From contig WBXG01000003.1 of NCBI GenBank assembly GCA_008932965.1, positions 19,193 through 51,192 of the forward strand: a DNA stretch of 32,000 nucleotides. The letters are read 5' to 3'. Numbering within the stretch: the stretch's first letter is position 1; every line of letters starts with the position of its first letter. Below, piece after piece: positions 1-9,121 of the stretch. A program made the translations under genes and the position numbers. Under the pieces are notes generated by a model that did not search any database, was not told the DNA's origin, and saw only the letters and a program-made list of their open reading frames with translations. The DNA comes from Verrucomicrobiota bacterium (lineage in GTDB: Bacteria; Verrucomicrobiota; Verrucomicrobiia; Chthoniobacterales; UBA6821).

Positions 1-59
1 CGTTTACTTAGCGAATACGAGCGAACATTATCTTCTTACACCTACTTGAATTTTTCCTA

Positions 60-1160
60 ATGAAACACTCTCCTCTCGAACCAGCACACCGTGAAGCTGG
101 TGGACGTATGATTGATTTTGCAGGGTGGTCCATGCCCGTTTACTACACAAGCATTAAGGAGGAGCACGAAGCAGTACGCTCCAGTGCTGGTATTTTTGAT
201 GTATCGCACATGGGGGAAGTTTTTGTATCTGGTGAACAAGCTTCCCAGTGGCTTGAGACCCTCTTTACCAATCGTGTTGGAAAATTAGCTGTGGGACGTG
301 GGCAGTACACAATAATGCTCAATCATGAGGGAGGGGTCATTGATGATCTCATTCTCTATAGAACCAAGGAAAACGAATTTTTCTTTGTGATCAATGCAGC
401 TCGGCTTGAAGAGGATGTTACCTGGTTAAACAAAGAGCTCCCCCACGAGGGAGCACTCATTGTGGAAAACAAAAGTGAAATGCTAGCAGCCTTTGCATTG
501 CAGGGGCCAAAGGCTGAGGAAATCCTCACCAAAGTACTTCCAGATTTCAAGCCTCTGAAACGAAATGAAATTGCTCCTATTGCTGGTTATCAATCAGCTT
601 TGATAGCACGTACTGGATATACTGGCGAAGATGGCTTTGAAATTTTTGTAACTAAGGAGGATGGACTCACCCTGTGGCAATCCTTTGTAGCTGCTGGAGC
701 CAAGCCCTGTGGCCTTGGAGCACGGGATACCTTACGCCTTGAGATGGGCTACCCACTGAATGGTTCCGATCTTTCAATGGAGCGAACACCGCTTGAAGCA
801 GGTCTTGAAAAATTTGTAGCCCTCCATGACCCCCTCAAGGGAGAGTTCATTGGTCGTGCAGTATTAAAACAGCAGTCTGCTTTAGGAGTTACCCAACGAC
901 TCACCCCTCTCCAACTATGTGAAGAGGGCCCACCTCTTCGTTCTCATTATCAGATTTATTCTGGAGAAGAGCTGCTTGGAGAAATTTCAAGCGGTGCTTT
1001 TTCTCCCTCTCTAGGAAAAGGAATTGCCATGGCTTATCTCCCAATCGAGTTCACTAAGTTAGAAACATTTTTGGAAATCGATATCCGCGGAAAGCGTTAC
1101 AAAGCCGTGGTGACGACCTTACCCTTTTATAAGAAGATTTCTCCTAGCTCAAAAGTTTAG
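60..1160 (+). CDS. gcvT: Aminomethyltransferase, glycine cleavage system T protein
   Basis: 366-aa ORF. N-terminal EAGGRMIDFAGWSMPVYY and AGIFDVSHMGE motifs and full-length GcvT-like layout. Confidence 0.93.
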   Translation: MKHSPLEPAHREAGGRMIDFAGWSMPVYYTSIKEEHEAVRSSAGIFDVSHMGEVFVSGEQASQWLETLFTNRVGKLAVGRGQYTIMLNHEGGVIDDLILYRTKENEFFFVINAARLEEDVTWLNKELPHEGALIVENKSEMLAAFALQGPKAEEILTKVLPDFKPLKRNEIAPIAGYQSALIARTGYTGEDGFEIFVTKEDGLTLWQSFVAAGAKPCGLGARDTLRLEMGYPLNGSDLSMERTPLEAGLEKFVALHDPLKGEFIGRAVLKQQSALGVTQRLTPLQLCEEGPPLRSHYQIYSGEELLGEISSGAFSPSLGKGIAMAYLPIEFTKLETFLEIDIRGKRYKAVVTTLPFYKKISPSSKV

Positions 1161-1202
1161 TTCATGAAATTCCAAAGGGCATGATAGAAGCGCTTGAATA
1201 CA

Positions 1203-2024
1203 CTAATGCTCTTTTTTTACTTTCAATCCCAAAAAATCTCGTACGCAAACATCAGTACGAAACGAAAAAGAGATTGGCTTTGTATCAGCCCATAAACCGG
1301 ATGAGGAGCCTCCATCGAGGTTCAAGGCTCGTGTAAGGAATTTTGTTGTTAGTCCAGGAATAGGGGTAGAGCGAAGAGTAAAAAGAATTTGAGCGGCCTC
1401 AGCAAGAGTCACTGGTGAGATAACACCCATCATCCATACCCCCTGTCCATTCGTTGCTAAAAAAGTTCGGTACGCCTTTTTTGTTGATTCCAAGCCAATG
1501 ACTGGATGCCCATGATCAAAAAGGAAGGGGCCTGCTTGAAGCACTTCAGTAGCATCAGGAGGAATAGGTTCTCCAGTGCGAAGCAGACTCATCCCATGAG
1601 GTGTGTTGACAAAGAGTCCACTGAGAATACCTGCATGCTGTAATGGATGGATCATTGTTCCATGGTGCATTAGAAGTCCCAAAGGAGTCCCACTGAGCTG
1701 AAAATATCCACCGTTAACCCCAGCACTACACGAGGCCTCTCTGACTGCTTCTAAAAGCGATTTATTCTGTAATGGATAATCCATCACTAGCAGCGAAAAA
1801 TCTTTCTCCTGAAAAATAAGGGCATTCATTTCTACGTCTTCCTCTACTCCATTCTTAAAAGAAAAAGAGCGTAGTACAGCAGAAGGGTTGATTGTTCCAA
1901 ACTCTCGGTTGGAGAGTAGAGTCCATGTGGTTTCTGAAGTCGCTCCCAGTAAAGAACTCAAGGGAAGAAGAGCCAATAACAACCAGATGCGTAACAAAAA
2001 ACCCATAGTACAAAAGAGGTTCAA
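1203..2024 (-). CDS. Secreted phosphodiester glycosidase-family (DUF2233-like) protein
   Basis: 273-aa ORF with an N-terminal hydrophobic signal peptide (LLLALLPLSSLLGA) and a C-terminal NLDGGSSSGLW motif typical of that fold. The assignment rests on motif memory only. Confidence 0.5.
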   Translation of the reverse strand: MNLFCTMGFLLRIWLLLALLPLSSLLGATSETTWTLLSNREFGTINPSAVLRSFSFKNGVEEDVEMNALIFQEKDFSLLVMDYPLQNKSLLEAVREASCSAGVNGGYFQLSGTPLGLLMHHGTMIHPLQHAGILSGLFVNTPHGMSLLRTGEPIPPDATEVLQAGPFLFDHGHPVIGLESTKKAYRTFLATNGQGVWMMGVISPVTLAEAAQILFTLRSTPIPGLTTKFLTRALNLDGGSSSGLWADTKPISFSFRTDVCVRDFLGLKVKKEH

Positions 2025-2033
2025 ATAAATAAC

Positions 2034-3626
2034 TTAGATTTCAACTTTGGGAGTAAAGTATTTTGCAATCGCCTCCACAAGCCCAGGAATATCATGCTCT
2101 TCGGCCTCCACGCTCACAGGCATCTCCAGTACTTGCATCACACTTGAGGTCACCGGACCAATACTTGCCGTAGCGCAGTTAGCAGGAAATGGGAATCCTC
2201 TTTTCTTTAGGAGTTCCTGAAAATGTTCTGCTGTTGAGCCGCTAGTAAAGGTGATCATATCGACTTTCTCTTCACAAAAACGTTGAAGCCCCCCACCTTC
2301 ATCATTGAGTTCGGGAAGAGTATCGTAAACAGGAACGTCATCGACAATGGCTCCAAGATCTTCAAGAGCTATTGCTAATAATTCTCGAGCTCCGCTAGCC
2401 CGAGGTAATAGAATACGCAGATTTTCTACATTCACTTTTTTCAGCTCCTCGAGTAAGGATTCTGCCACAAATTGAGGAGGAATCAGGTCTACTGAAAAAC
2501 GATACTCTTCTATTTTTTTTGCAGTTCCCGGACCAATGGCTGCAATACGCGCTGCTCCTAATGAACGAGCATCATGATGGTGGAGATAAAAGGCTTCAAA
2601 AAAAGAAGTCACTCCATTAGGGCTTGTAAAGACAATCCAATCATACTGATGGGCAGCAGTAACAGCCTCAGCAAAGGCTTCTCGTTCCTCTTTCTTTTGA
2701 ATCGCTTCTATACGAATGGTAGGAAGTTCAAAGGCATCAGCACCGAGCTCGCGTAAGAGCTTAACCAATTCACTAGCTTTATCGCGAGTACGAGTGACAG
2801 CAATACAACGTCCAAAAAGGGGACGTGTCTCAAACCAGTTCAGTTTTTTTCGAAGAGAAACAACCTCCCCAAAAACAGCAATGCAGGGAGCTGAAAATTG
2901 CTTTTCCTGAGCAATAGAAGCAATTGTTTCAAGCGTTCCGGTAATGGTCTTGTGACGGCCTGTTGTAGCCCATCGGACAAGGGCTACAGGAGTTGTTGAT
3001 TCCATTCCTGCAGCAATCAAGGAATGCGTAATCGAACTCAATCGTTCAACACCCATGAGCATGACTTTGGTTCCAGGAGCTGTCGCTAGGGAGTGATAAT
3101 TTAAGGATGAGGCCTCTTTGGAGGGATCTTCATGACCAGTAAAAATCGTGAGTTGAGAATTATTACTGCGATGGGTAACCGGAATGCCAGCATAAGCAAG
3201 TCCCCCAATGGCAGAGGTAACCCCAGGGACAATTTCAAAACGTAGAGAGGCATGTGCTAAGGCTTCAGCCTCCTCTCCACCACGACCAAAGAGAAAAGGA
3301 TCTCCTCCCTTAAGACGTACAACTCGGTGACCTTCTTGTGTCTTTTTCACAAGCAACTCATTAATTTCTTGCTGAGGTAGAGCATGTTTTTTTGCACTCT
3401 TGCCAACGTAGATTTTTTCTGCGTTGGGAGGAACATGACGAAGAAGCTCTTTGTTACAAAGATAGTCATAAAGAACAACCTCAGCACGCGAGAGACATTC
3501 TTTTCCACGAAGAGTGAGGAGCCCAGGATCACCAGGACCTGCCCCCACTAGATAACAAATACCATCATGCTTTTGGGGAGGTTTTATTTTTCTTTTGGAG
3601 TTAGGAGAAGTTGATTTTTGATTCAT
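2034..3626 (-). CDS. cobA: Bifunctional uroporphyrinogen-III C-methyltransferase / uroporphyrinogen-III synthase (CobA-HemD fusion)
   Basis: 530-aa ORF. The N-terminal half has SUMT motifs VGAGPGDPGLLTLRG and LKGGDPFLFGRGGEE. The C-terminal ~250 aa has HemD-like FTSPNGV and FTSGSTA motifs. The start overlaps the hemC stop (ATGA at 3623-3626). Confidence 0.88.
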   Translation of the reverse strand: MNQKSTSPNSKRKIKPPQKHDGICYLVGAGPGDPGLLTLRGKECLSRAEVVLYDYLCNKELLRHVPPNAEKIYVGKSAKKHALPQQEINELLVKKTQEGHRVVRLKGGDPFLFGRGGEEAEALAHASLRFEIVPGVTSAIGGLAYAGIPVTHRSNNSQLTIFTGHEDPSKEASSLNYHSLATAPGTKVMLMGVERLSSITHSLIAAGMESTTPVALVRWATTGRHKTITGTLETIASIAQEKQFSAPCIAVFGEVVSLRKKLNWFETRPLFGRCIAVTRTRDKASELVKLLRELGADAFELPTIRIEAIQKKEEREAFAEAVTAAHQYDWIVFTSPNGVTSFFEAFYLHHHDARSLGAARIAAIGPGTAKKIEEYRFSVDLIPPQFVAESLLEELKKVNVENLRILLPRASGARELLAIALEDLGAIVDDVPVYDTLPELNDEGGGLQRFCEEKVDMITFTSGSTAEHFQELLKKRGFPFPANCATASIGPVTSSVMQVLEMPVSVEAEEHDIPGLVEAIAKYFTPKVEI

Positions 3627-4606
3627 AGAGTATTAGAGCCCTGGAAAGCTATTTTATCACCGAGCTGTAGTGCCACAAGGAGAGCCACCTCTTCTGGAGT
3701 CTTGCCAGTGGCCTCTCCTTTGCGAGCTGGAGCTCCTGCGGATGAGAAATAGATTCCTTTAAGATGAAGGTGATCTGATGTTGAATCAAGCGTTGCTAAA
3801 GCCCCCAGAGCCATATGACACCCCCCTCCTAAGTAATGAAGTAATAGACGTTCTGCAGTAACACAACGATCCGTCTTTTCATCATGGAGTGCAGCTGCAT
3901 AGGCCGCAGCAGAGGAGGAACTCTCTTCAGCACGTGTCTCAATAGCGATGGCCCCCTGTCCTGGAGCAGGGAGCATCATCCCAAGCTCAGCAACAAAAAG
4001 TCTGGTCTGATCAAAAATAAAATCTCCCTGACCCTCACTTATTTTTAAATCATATCCAAGCCGCTCCAGCCCTGCGCGGGCAAGCACCAAGCCGTCGAGA
4101 GGATAGTGAGATTGATTCATAGCAAGTTTGCGCAATCGTGTTGGAACATTACCTCGTAGTGTCATAAAAGAAAGATCAGTGCGTTGGTTTTTTAAAATTT
4201 CAGTACGACGAGGGCTGCTTGTTCCAAGAACCCCGTTCAAGGGTAATGCTGCAAGCCCGCCCGGCCGGAGTGTTATGAGTAAATCACTACTGCTAGCCCG
4301 TGGAAGAATCGCAGCAAGTTTGAGTCCAGAAGGGATGATCACAGGAAGATCTTTGAGGCTATGGACTGCATAATCGATTTCATGCAAAAGCAATGCCTCT
4401 TCTAGCTGACGAGTAAAAAGGCCGCTCGATTCGGATGTCGGTTGATGAATAGCCATTTTAGGATGGGCATCCCCTACTGTGGTAATGATTTTTTGTTCTA
4501 ACTGGAGATTGGGATGCACCCCTTGCAACAGAGTGGAAAAAAGCATTGTCTGAGCCCGTGCCAGAGCACTTCCACGAGTTCCAATATAAAAAGATGTGGG
4601 TACCAT
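3623..4606 (-). CDS. hemC: Hydroxymethylbilane synthase (porphobilinogen deaminase)
   Basis: 327-aa ORF with IGTRGSALARAQ, HSLKDLP, GTSSPRR and the cofactor-cysteine region GGGCHMALGA. Confidence 0.92.
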   Translation of the reverse strand: MVPTSFYIGTRGSALARAQTMLFSTLLQGVHPNLQLEQKIITTVGDAHPKMAIHQPTSESSGLFTRQLEEALLLHEIDYAVHSLKDLPVIIPSGLKLAAILPRASSSDLLITLRPGGLAALPLNGVLGTSSPRRTEILKNQRTDLSFMTLRGNVPTRLRKLAMNQSHYPLDGLVLARAGLERLGYDLKISEGQGDFIFDQTRLFVAELGMMLPAPGQGAIAIETRAEESSSSAAAYAAALHDEKTDRCVTAERLLLHYLGGGCHMALGALATLDSTSDHLHLKGIYFSSAGAPARKGEATGKTPEEVALLVALQLGDKIAFQGSNTL

Positions 4607-4624
4607 GATAAAAAAATTCTTTTT

Positions 4625-5650
4625 TTAGTGAGCTTGCTGAAAGAGTGTTTTATTTTTCATACAACGAAGAAATTCTCTCACATTTTCCTCAATGAGTGAT
4701 TCACAACGGACCACTTCTTGGCGGCGAACCTCGATCGATTCAGAAGCAATTTTTTGAAGACTATCGATATCATAGAGAAAGACTCCCTCCATCTTGTTAA
4801 TCGATGGCTCCGCATCTCGTGGCACTGCTAAGTCGATGATAAAGAGGGGGCGTCCTTGACGTTGTTTTAAAAGTGGCTTGAGTTTCTCAACAGTGAGAAT
4901 GGCATGAGGTGCTCCAGTCGCGCTAATAATGATATCCACATCGAGTATATTTTTATCCCAATGATCAAAGTGAAGGGCCATACCTCCCATTTCAGCGGCT
5001 AAGGCAACCGCTTTATCGTAATGACGATTAGAGACGATAAGGCTCCTCACTCCCCGAGATTGAAGACTACGTGCCGTTCGTTCGCTAATCTCTCCTGCTC
5101 CTAAAATCATCACACGACACTGTTCTAATTTTCCAAAGATTTTCTCTGCAAGCTGGACGGCAACCGATCCAACTGAAGAGGCTCCACGAGTAATGTTTGT
5201 TTCTGTACGCACATGTTTTGTAACACGAAAGGTATGTTGAAAAAGACGATGTAGCGTATGGGTGGTCATATCTCTTTTGGCAGAGAATGAGTAGGCATTT
5301 TTCACTTGTCCAAAAATCTCTGTCTCTCCAATAACCATGGAATCAAGACCGCTAGCAACCCTGAAGAGGTGTCGAACGGCATCTGGAGTTGAGTAATGAT
5401 AAAGAGGAATATCCATTCCTGTTTGTTCCTGAAGAATAGAACGACACCCACCTAGTGCCTGAAGGGGGCACAAGGTTGAAGCATAAAACTCAACTCGATT
5501 ACACGTTGAGAGAACGACAGCTCCAAAAACACCCTCAATAGAGTGGATTTGACGTAGTAATTTTTCCATCTCATCATCACTCACAGCCAAGCGTTCTCTT
5601 ATTTCAAGAGAAGTCGTTTTATAATTGAGACCTGCACAGAAGATATTCAT
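4625..5650 (-). CDS. hemA: Glutamyl-tRNA reductase (short form, 341 aa)
   Basis: GLNYKTTSLEIRE N-terminus, catalytic-cysteine motif LSTCNRVEFY and NADPH-binding ILGAGEISE. The start overlaps the stop of the upstream CcsA-family gene (ATGA at 5647-5650). Confidence 0.9.
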   Translation of the reverse strand: MNIFCAGLNYKTTSLEIRERLAVSDDEMEKLLRQIHSIEGVFGAVVLSTCNRVEFYASTLCPLQALGGCRSILQEQTGMDIPLYHYSTPDAVRHLFRVASGLDSMVIGETEIFGQVKNAYSFSAKRDMTTHTLHRLFQHTFRVTKHVRTETNITRGASSVGSVAVQLAEKIFGKLEQCRVMILGAGEISERTARSLQSRGVRSLIVSNRHYDKAVALAAEMGGMALHFDHWDKNILDVDIIISATGAPHAILTVEKLKPLLKQRQGRPLFIIDLAVPRDAEPSINKMEGVFLYDIDSLQKIASESIEVRRQEVVRCESLIEENVREFLRCMKNKTLFQQAH

Positions 5651-6435
5651 CTAACGGCAAGATCAGAGAGATAGCGGATGAGTGGGAGAATCATGAGTGC
5701 ACAAAAGAAAATAAAAATTGCGAAGAAAGCAAAACGATGTCCGGATAATCGATTTTTTTGATTTAAAATAAGAATGAGTGAGTAGGCTCCCCAAAGAAGA
5801 AGAGAGACCCCAAATTTCGTTCCTGAAATGGAGCGGGAACCTATCCATCCTGCTGCAAAACTCACTGTAAGCAAAATCAATCCCATCCAAAGCAACCGAA
5901 TAGTCGCCTCTTCTAAAATACGTATTGGGGGAAGATGATGAAAAATAGGATCGGGATGTTGTGACTTAAGTTGTCTCTCTTGGAAAAGAAACATTATTCC
6001 TGAAATAGAACCTAATCCAAAGGCTCCAAAGGCTACGAGCGACACAGCAGCATGCGCTTCAATCCACGGATTCATGGGCATCATGGAGGTTATCTTTTCG
6101 GCAGGCAAAAGAAGTGCCATCGATTGAAGTCCAAGAATAAGCGGTGCCGTGAAAGTGCCCATGAGCGAAATACGATAGGTGGTTCCAATCACGAGATAAA
6201 AAACACCAATAGCCCAACTCAAAAAAATGATAATCTCAGGAAGCGTTCGAATCGGACATGCCTGATCAATTTTTCCCTGTTGTATTAAAAAACAACTTTG
6301 AGCAATGACCCCAAGGGCGATAGTGATCACGTTAAAACGCCCTGCACGAAATTCACCGGAGCGAAAACTAACAACTGCTGAACAACAACTTAAAAAATAG
6401 AATAAAGTCGATGCTAACAGGGGGAGATGATTCAT
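5647..6435 (-). CDS. HemX-like cytochrome c assembly (CcsA-family) membrane protein
   Basis: 262-aa polytopic membrane ORF immediately upstream of, and overlapping, hemA. Position and topology match the hemAXCD-type HemX of Firmicutes. It lacks the strong WGxxWxWD signature seen in the CcsA at 26002-27618. Confidence 0.65.
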   Translation of the reverse strand: MNHLPLLASTLFYFLSCCSAVVSFRSGEFRAGRFNVITIALGVIAQSCFLIQQGKIDQACPIRTLPEIIIFLSWAIGVFYLVIGTTYRISLMGTFTAPLILGLQSMALLLPAEKITSMMPMNPWIEAHAAVSLVAFGAFGLGSISGIMFLFQERQLKSQHPDPIFHHLPPIRILEEATIRLLWMGLILLTVSFAAGWIGSRSISGTKFGVSLLLWGAYSLILILNQKNRLSGHRFAFFAIFIFFCALMILPLIRYLSDLAVR

Positions 6436-6504
6436 AGGTTCAGTATTTTATCGCAGAAGTGATATTGACTCAAATGCAAACTCCTAGAAGAAGCAAATAA
6501 GGGG

Positions 6505-6758
6505 TTAACCCGCATATTTCATACTGGTTCGTCGTGAGGCGCCGCGAATCCAGATGCAGACACCACCGGCGGTCGGGAGACTGCGGTGGAGACTGCCCTG
6601 AAAGGGCGAGACGAGCGGGAGCAAGCGAGTCAACGAAGGTGATGGATTGCGACGACGGCTGTATGTCTCATACTGCCCGAGGAGCAATTCGAAGCTGACG
6701 CAGTATCCATCAGGTTTTCGCAAGCCGCAGCAGAATCGGTATGAAATAGGCGGGTTAA
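6505..6758 (+). mobile_element. MITE-like repeat, copy A (long variant, 254 bp)
   Basis: Ends TTAACCCGCATATTTCATAC (6505-6524) and GTATGAAATAGGCGGGTTAA (6739-6758) are inverted repeats. Central stem GGATTGC 6644-6650 / GCAATTC 6684-6690. Homologous to copies at 13139, 17244, 23673, 27664 and 31856. Carries extra GC-rich internal sequence, approximately 6545-6640, that the shorter copies lack. Confidence 0.9.
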
Positions 6759-6790
6759 CTCTTTTTGATCGTTTGATGAGAACGCTTCTA

Positions 6791-8152
6791 TTAGGGATCT
6801 GGAACAACCTTTCTTGCTTTTTCAGATGCACGTATGACATCACGGTAGTAAAAAGCAGAAGATTTTAATTTTCTTTGGAAAGTTTTTTCATCCATTGTTG
6901 CCAATCCGAATTTGGGAACATATCCGTAGTGCCACTCATAGTTATCCGCTAGTGACCAAATGAAGTACCCTTTGACATCGTATCCTTCTTCACGTGTTTT
7001 TTGAAGCTGTGCAATGTGGTCATGAAGATATTCAATCCTCTTTTGCTCATTTAAAGTGGCTATTCCATTTTCTGTAATCATCATCGGTTTATCATAGCGC
7101 TTTCCAATTTGACGAATCAGTTTCCCAAGAGCTGGTGGATCAATATGCCATCCCATCATGGTAAAATGAGTTCCACGATGACTTCCTTGAGTTAACATGC
7201 TCAGAGGACCGGCTATCTGACTGTAATAATAATTAAATCCAATGATATCACAGACGTCGTAGATTTTATCAAGATGATCAAACGCATTGTGCTCAACCGT
7301 GTTGTATATCATCCCACCAGGATCAAGTGGACCATGATACCAGTAAGGAATAGCCTCTATGCTTACAATTTTCGCATCTGGTTGGATTTCTTTAATACGA
7401 GCAGCAGCATCACGGAAAAAGTCAGCACTAACAGCAATGGCTTGTTTATAACCTTGAAAATCTAAAGTGTGATTGGGGGGCCATAAGCCCACGATGTAAG
7501 CAGTTAAAATTTGACCATTGGGTTCATTTTGAGGCGCGTAATAAGTGGCATAGGGAGCCATCTCCTGGACCATTCTAGAAACATAGCGATTCCAATGTGA
7601 GCGTGCTAAAGGATTCAACCAATTTGTATTTGCACCATTTTTTTTGTCCACCAACCAAGAAGGAAACGTAAAATGCCAGAGACAGACGTAGGGCTCAATC
7701 CCAGCTTCCTTGAGCTTCCGTACCATCGCAACATAGCGATGAATTGCTTCCTCGTTGTACTCCCCCGGACGAGGTTCAACACGGGCCCATTCAATACTAA
7801 AACGATAGGAATTAACCCCAATTTTTTTGAGTGCTTTAAGATCCTTATCAAAATGAGACCAGCTGTAGAGTGCGTTACCAACAGGAGGAGCTTTCTTATC
7901 TTGAACCAAAATATCCCAATCACGCTCAAAATATTCTTTTGTTCCCGATTTTTTAGAACGATCCTCATACTGCAAACTACTCGTTGAGATCCCCCAGGCA
8001 AAAGGGTGATAGCCACTATTTTTTGCAGCTTGATGCCTTGGTGCTTTATCAAGAGGTCCTAAAGGGTGCAATGCACAACCGGTAAGAAAAAATAAAATCA
8101 CTAATACTGAAAAAAAATAACATCGCATCGGTTTGGTTTTTAGAAATGTCAT
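6791..8152 (-). CDS. Glycoside hydrolase family 1 protein (beta-glucosidase-like) with lipoprotein-type signal peptide
   Basis: GH1 acid/base motif APQNEPNG and nucleophile motif MITENGIA. N-terminal LVILFFLTGC lipobox-like signal. The longest ORF extends to 8188, but the ATG at 8152 avoids overlap with the upstream gene (stop at 8160). Confidence 0.85.
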   Translation of the reverse strand: MTFLKTKPMRCYFFSVLVILFFLTGCALHPLGPLDKAPRHQAAKNSGYHPFAWGISTSSLQYEDRSKKSGTKEYFERDWDILVQDKKAPPVGNALYSWSHFDKDLKALKKIGVNSYRFSIEWARVEPRPGEYNEEAIHRYVAMVRKLKEAGIEPYVCLWHFTFPSWLVDKKNGANTNWLNPLARSHWNRYVSRMVQEMAPYATYYAPQNEPNGQILTAYIVGLWPPNHTLDFQGYKQAIAVSADFFRDAAARIKEIQPDAKIVSIEAIPYWYHGPLDPGGMIYNTVEHNAFDHLDKIYDVCDIIGFNYYYSQIAGPLSMLTQGSHRGTHFTMMGWHIDPPALGKLIRQIGKRYDKPMMITENGIATLNEQKRIEYLHDHIAQLQKTREEGYDVKGYFIWSLADNYEWHYGYVPKFGLATMDEKTFQRKLKSSAFYYRDVIRASEKARKVVPDP

Positions 8153-8159
8153 CTCTGTT

Positions 8160-9053
8160 TTAGTTGGAAGAGGAGATGTAGGGAACAACCTTTAATTGAT
8201 TCGCTCCATCACGGTAAAAACCGTAAAATCCTGGAAGCTTACCAAACCAATCCATCATAGATGTCTGAAGGAAATCATGATGCTGTAGCTCCCTGTTTTT
8301 TTTCAATACTCCATTTTTATTTCGAATTTGATCAAAAGGTAATGTGAGTTTTTGATATTCGGCATCATTCAAACGAGCCTTGGCAAGCCGCTCTGGATCA
8401 TAAATGGAAATCCACCATGCCCCGAATGAGTCAGATTCGGTAGGCGGCTTAATTTTAAAAATAAATTTTCCTGCACGTTTCTCTTCCCCCTTGAGGTTAA
8501 GACTATAAAAGGTAGCAAGTGCTGAACGTGAAGAAATATAACCTGCCAAAAATTCTCGTGCGAGTTCTTGAAACTTTTCTAGCCGCTCTCCCCGTGCATA
8601 GCTACCAAGCTCAACGCAGGCAGGATCCTTAGGATTTCCATAAACATTCATCTCTCCATGATTGTTCACTTGAAAGGAGAGATAAGGGACATTTTTTAAA
8701 TACCCTTCATCGATCCTGGTAGCCGGTATCTGAAAAAAAGATTTTACCATATCATTACACCTTAGGTCTTGAACCATCATTCGCCAAGGAGGAGCCTTAT
8801 CTGGGTCCACAAGATCAGCAAAGTAGACCATGCTTTTATCAGCATCATTGATACGTTGCACGGAGGCTTTATTAATAATTCGTTCTCCTAAGGACTGCTG
8901 GAGGATAATTTCTTTGGCATTACTTTTAATGATTAATCCTTCATAGCGTGTCCCATCTTTCATAATCACTAAATCAGGTAAAAGGCGGTCTAATCCATAA
9001 GAAATTCCAAAACAGGTATTCAAAAAGAGTAGTAATAAAATTATTTGCTTCAT
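8160..9053 (-). CDS. Secreted hypothetical protein
   Basis: 297-aa ORF with a signal peptide (MKQIILLLLFLNTCFG). No recognisable motif. Lies 7 nt upstream of the GH1 gene on the same strand. Confidence 0.6.
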   Translation of the reverse strand: MKQIILLLLFLNTCFGISYGLDRLLPDLVIMKDGTRYEGLIIKSNAKEIILQQSLGERIINKASVQRINDADKSMVYFADLVDPDKAPPWRMMVQDLRCNDMVKSFFQIPATRIDEGYLKNVPYLSFQVNNHGEMNVYGNPKDPACVELGSYARGERLEKFQELAREFLAGYISSRSALATFYSLNLKGEEKRAGKFIFKIKPPTESDSFGAWWISIYDPERLAKARLNDAEYQKLTLPFDQIRNKNGVLKKNRELQHHDFLQTSMMDWFGKLPGFYGFYRDGANQLKVVPYISSSN

Positions 9054-9121
9054 ATGTGATGACTTCCTTAGTTACTAGTAGTTGACTTTCATATCAAGCA
9101 TCCATCTTCACTACGAGACCA

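Noticed and set aside
1-59. Glycine riboswitch upstream of gcvT
   Set aside because: Only 59 nt are available before the start codon, and they show none of the conserved glycine-aptamer core. It may lie outside the window and cannot be assessed.
6505-6843. 112-aa ORF on the minus strand, plus the 73-aa ORF at 6647-6868 on the plus strand
   Set aside because: The 112-aa ORF spans repeat copy A and runs into the 3' end of the GH1 gene, while the 73-aa ORF starts inside copy A and does the same. Each is open only because of the GC-rich repeat. The other copies do not conserve any reading frame.
7615-8052. Antisense or alternative-frame ORFs inside well-supported genes (for example 7615-8052, 7673-7987, 9350-9787, 10110-10472, 15874-16203, 20046-20393, 22414-22815, 25261-25602, 25946-26263)
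   Set aside because: Each lies within or opposite a longer ORF with clear family motifs. None has a recognisable motif, and 25261-25602 is the mirror of a low-complexity Pro/Thr tract.
9098-9120. AGCATCCATCT...TACGAG upstream of the second GH1 gene, matching part of the repeat arm
   Set aside because: There is only an 11-nt exact match plus a hexamer, with no terminus motif. It could be chance or an extremely decayed relic.
9054-9121. Promoter call from the TTGACT hexamer at 9082-9087 in the divergent 68-nt spacer
   Set aside because: No convincing -10 hexamer lies at appropriate spacing. The promoter consensus for this unidentified lineage is unknown, so a call would be unsupported.
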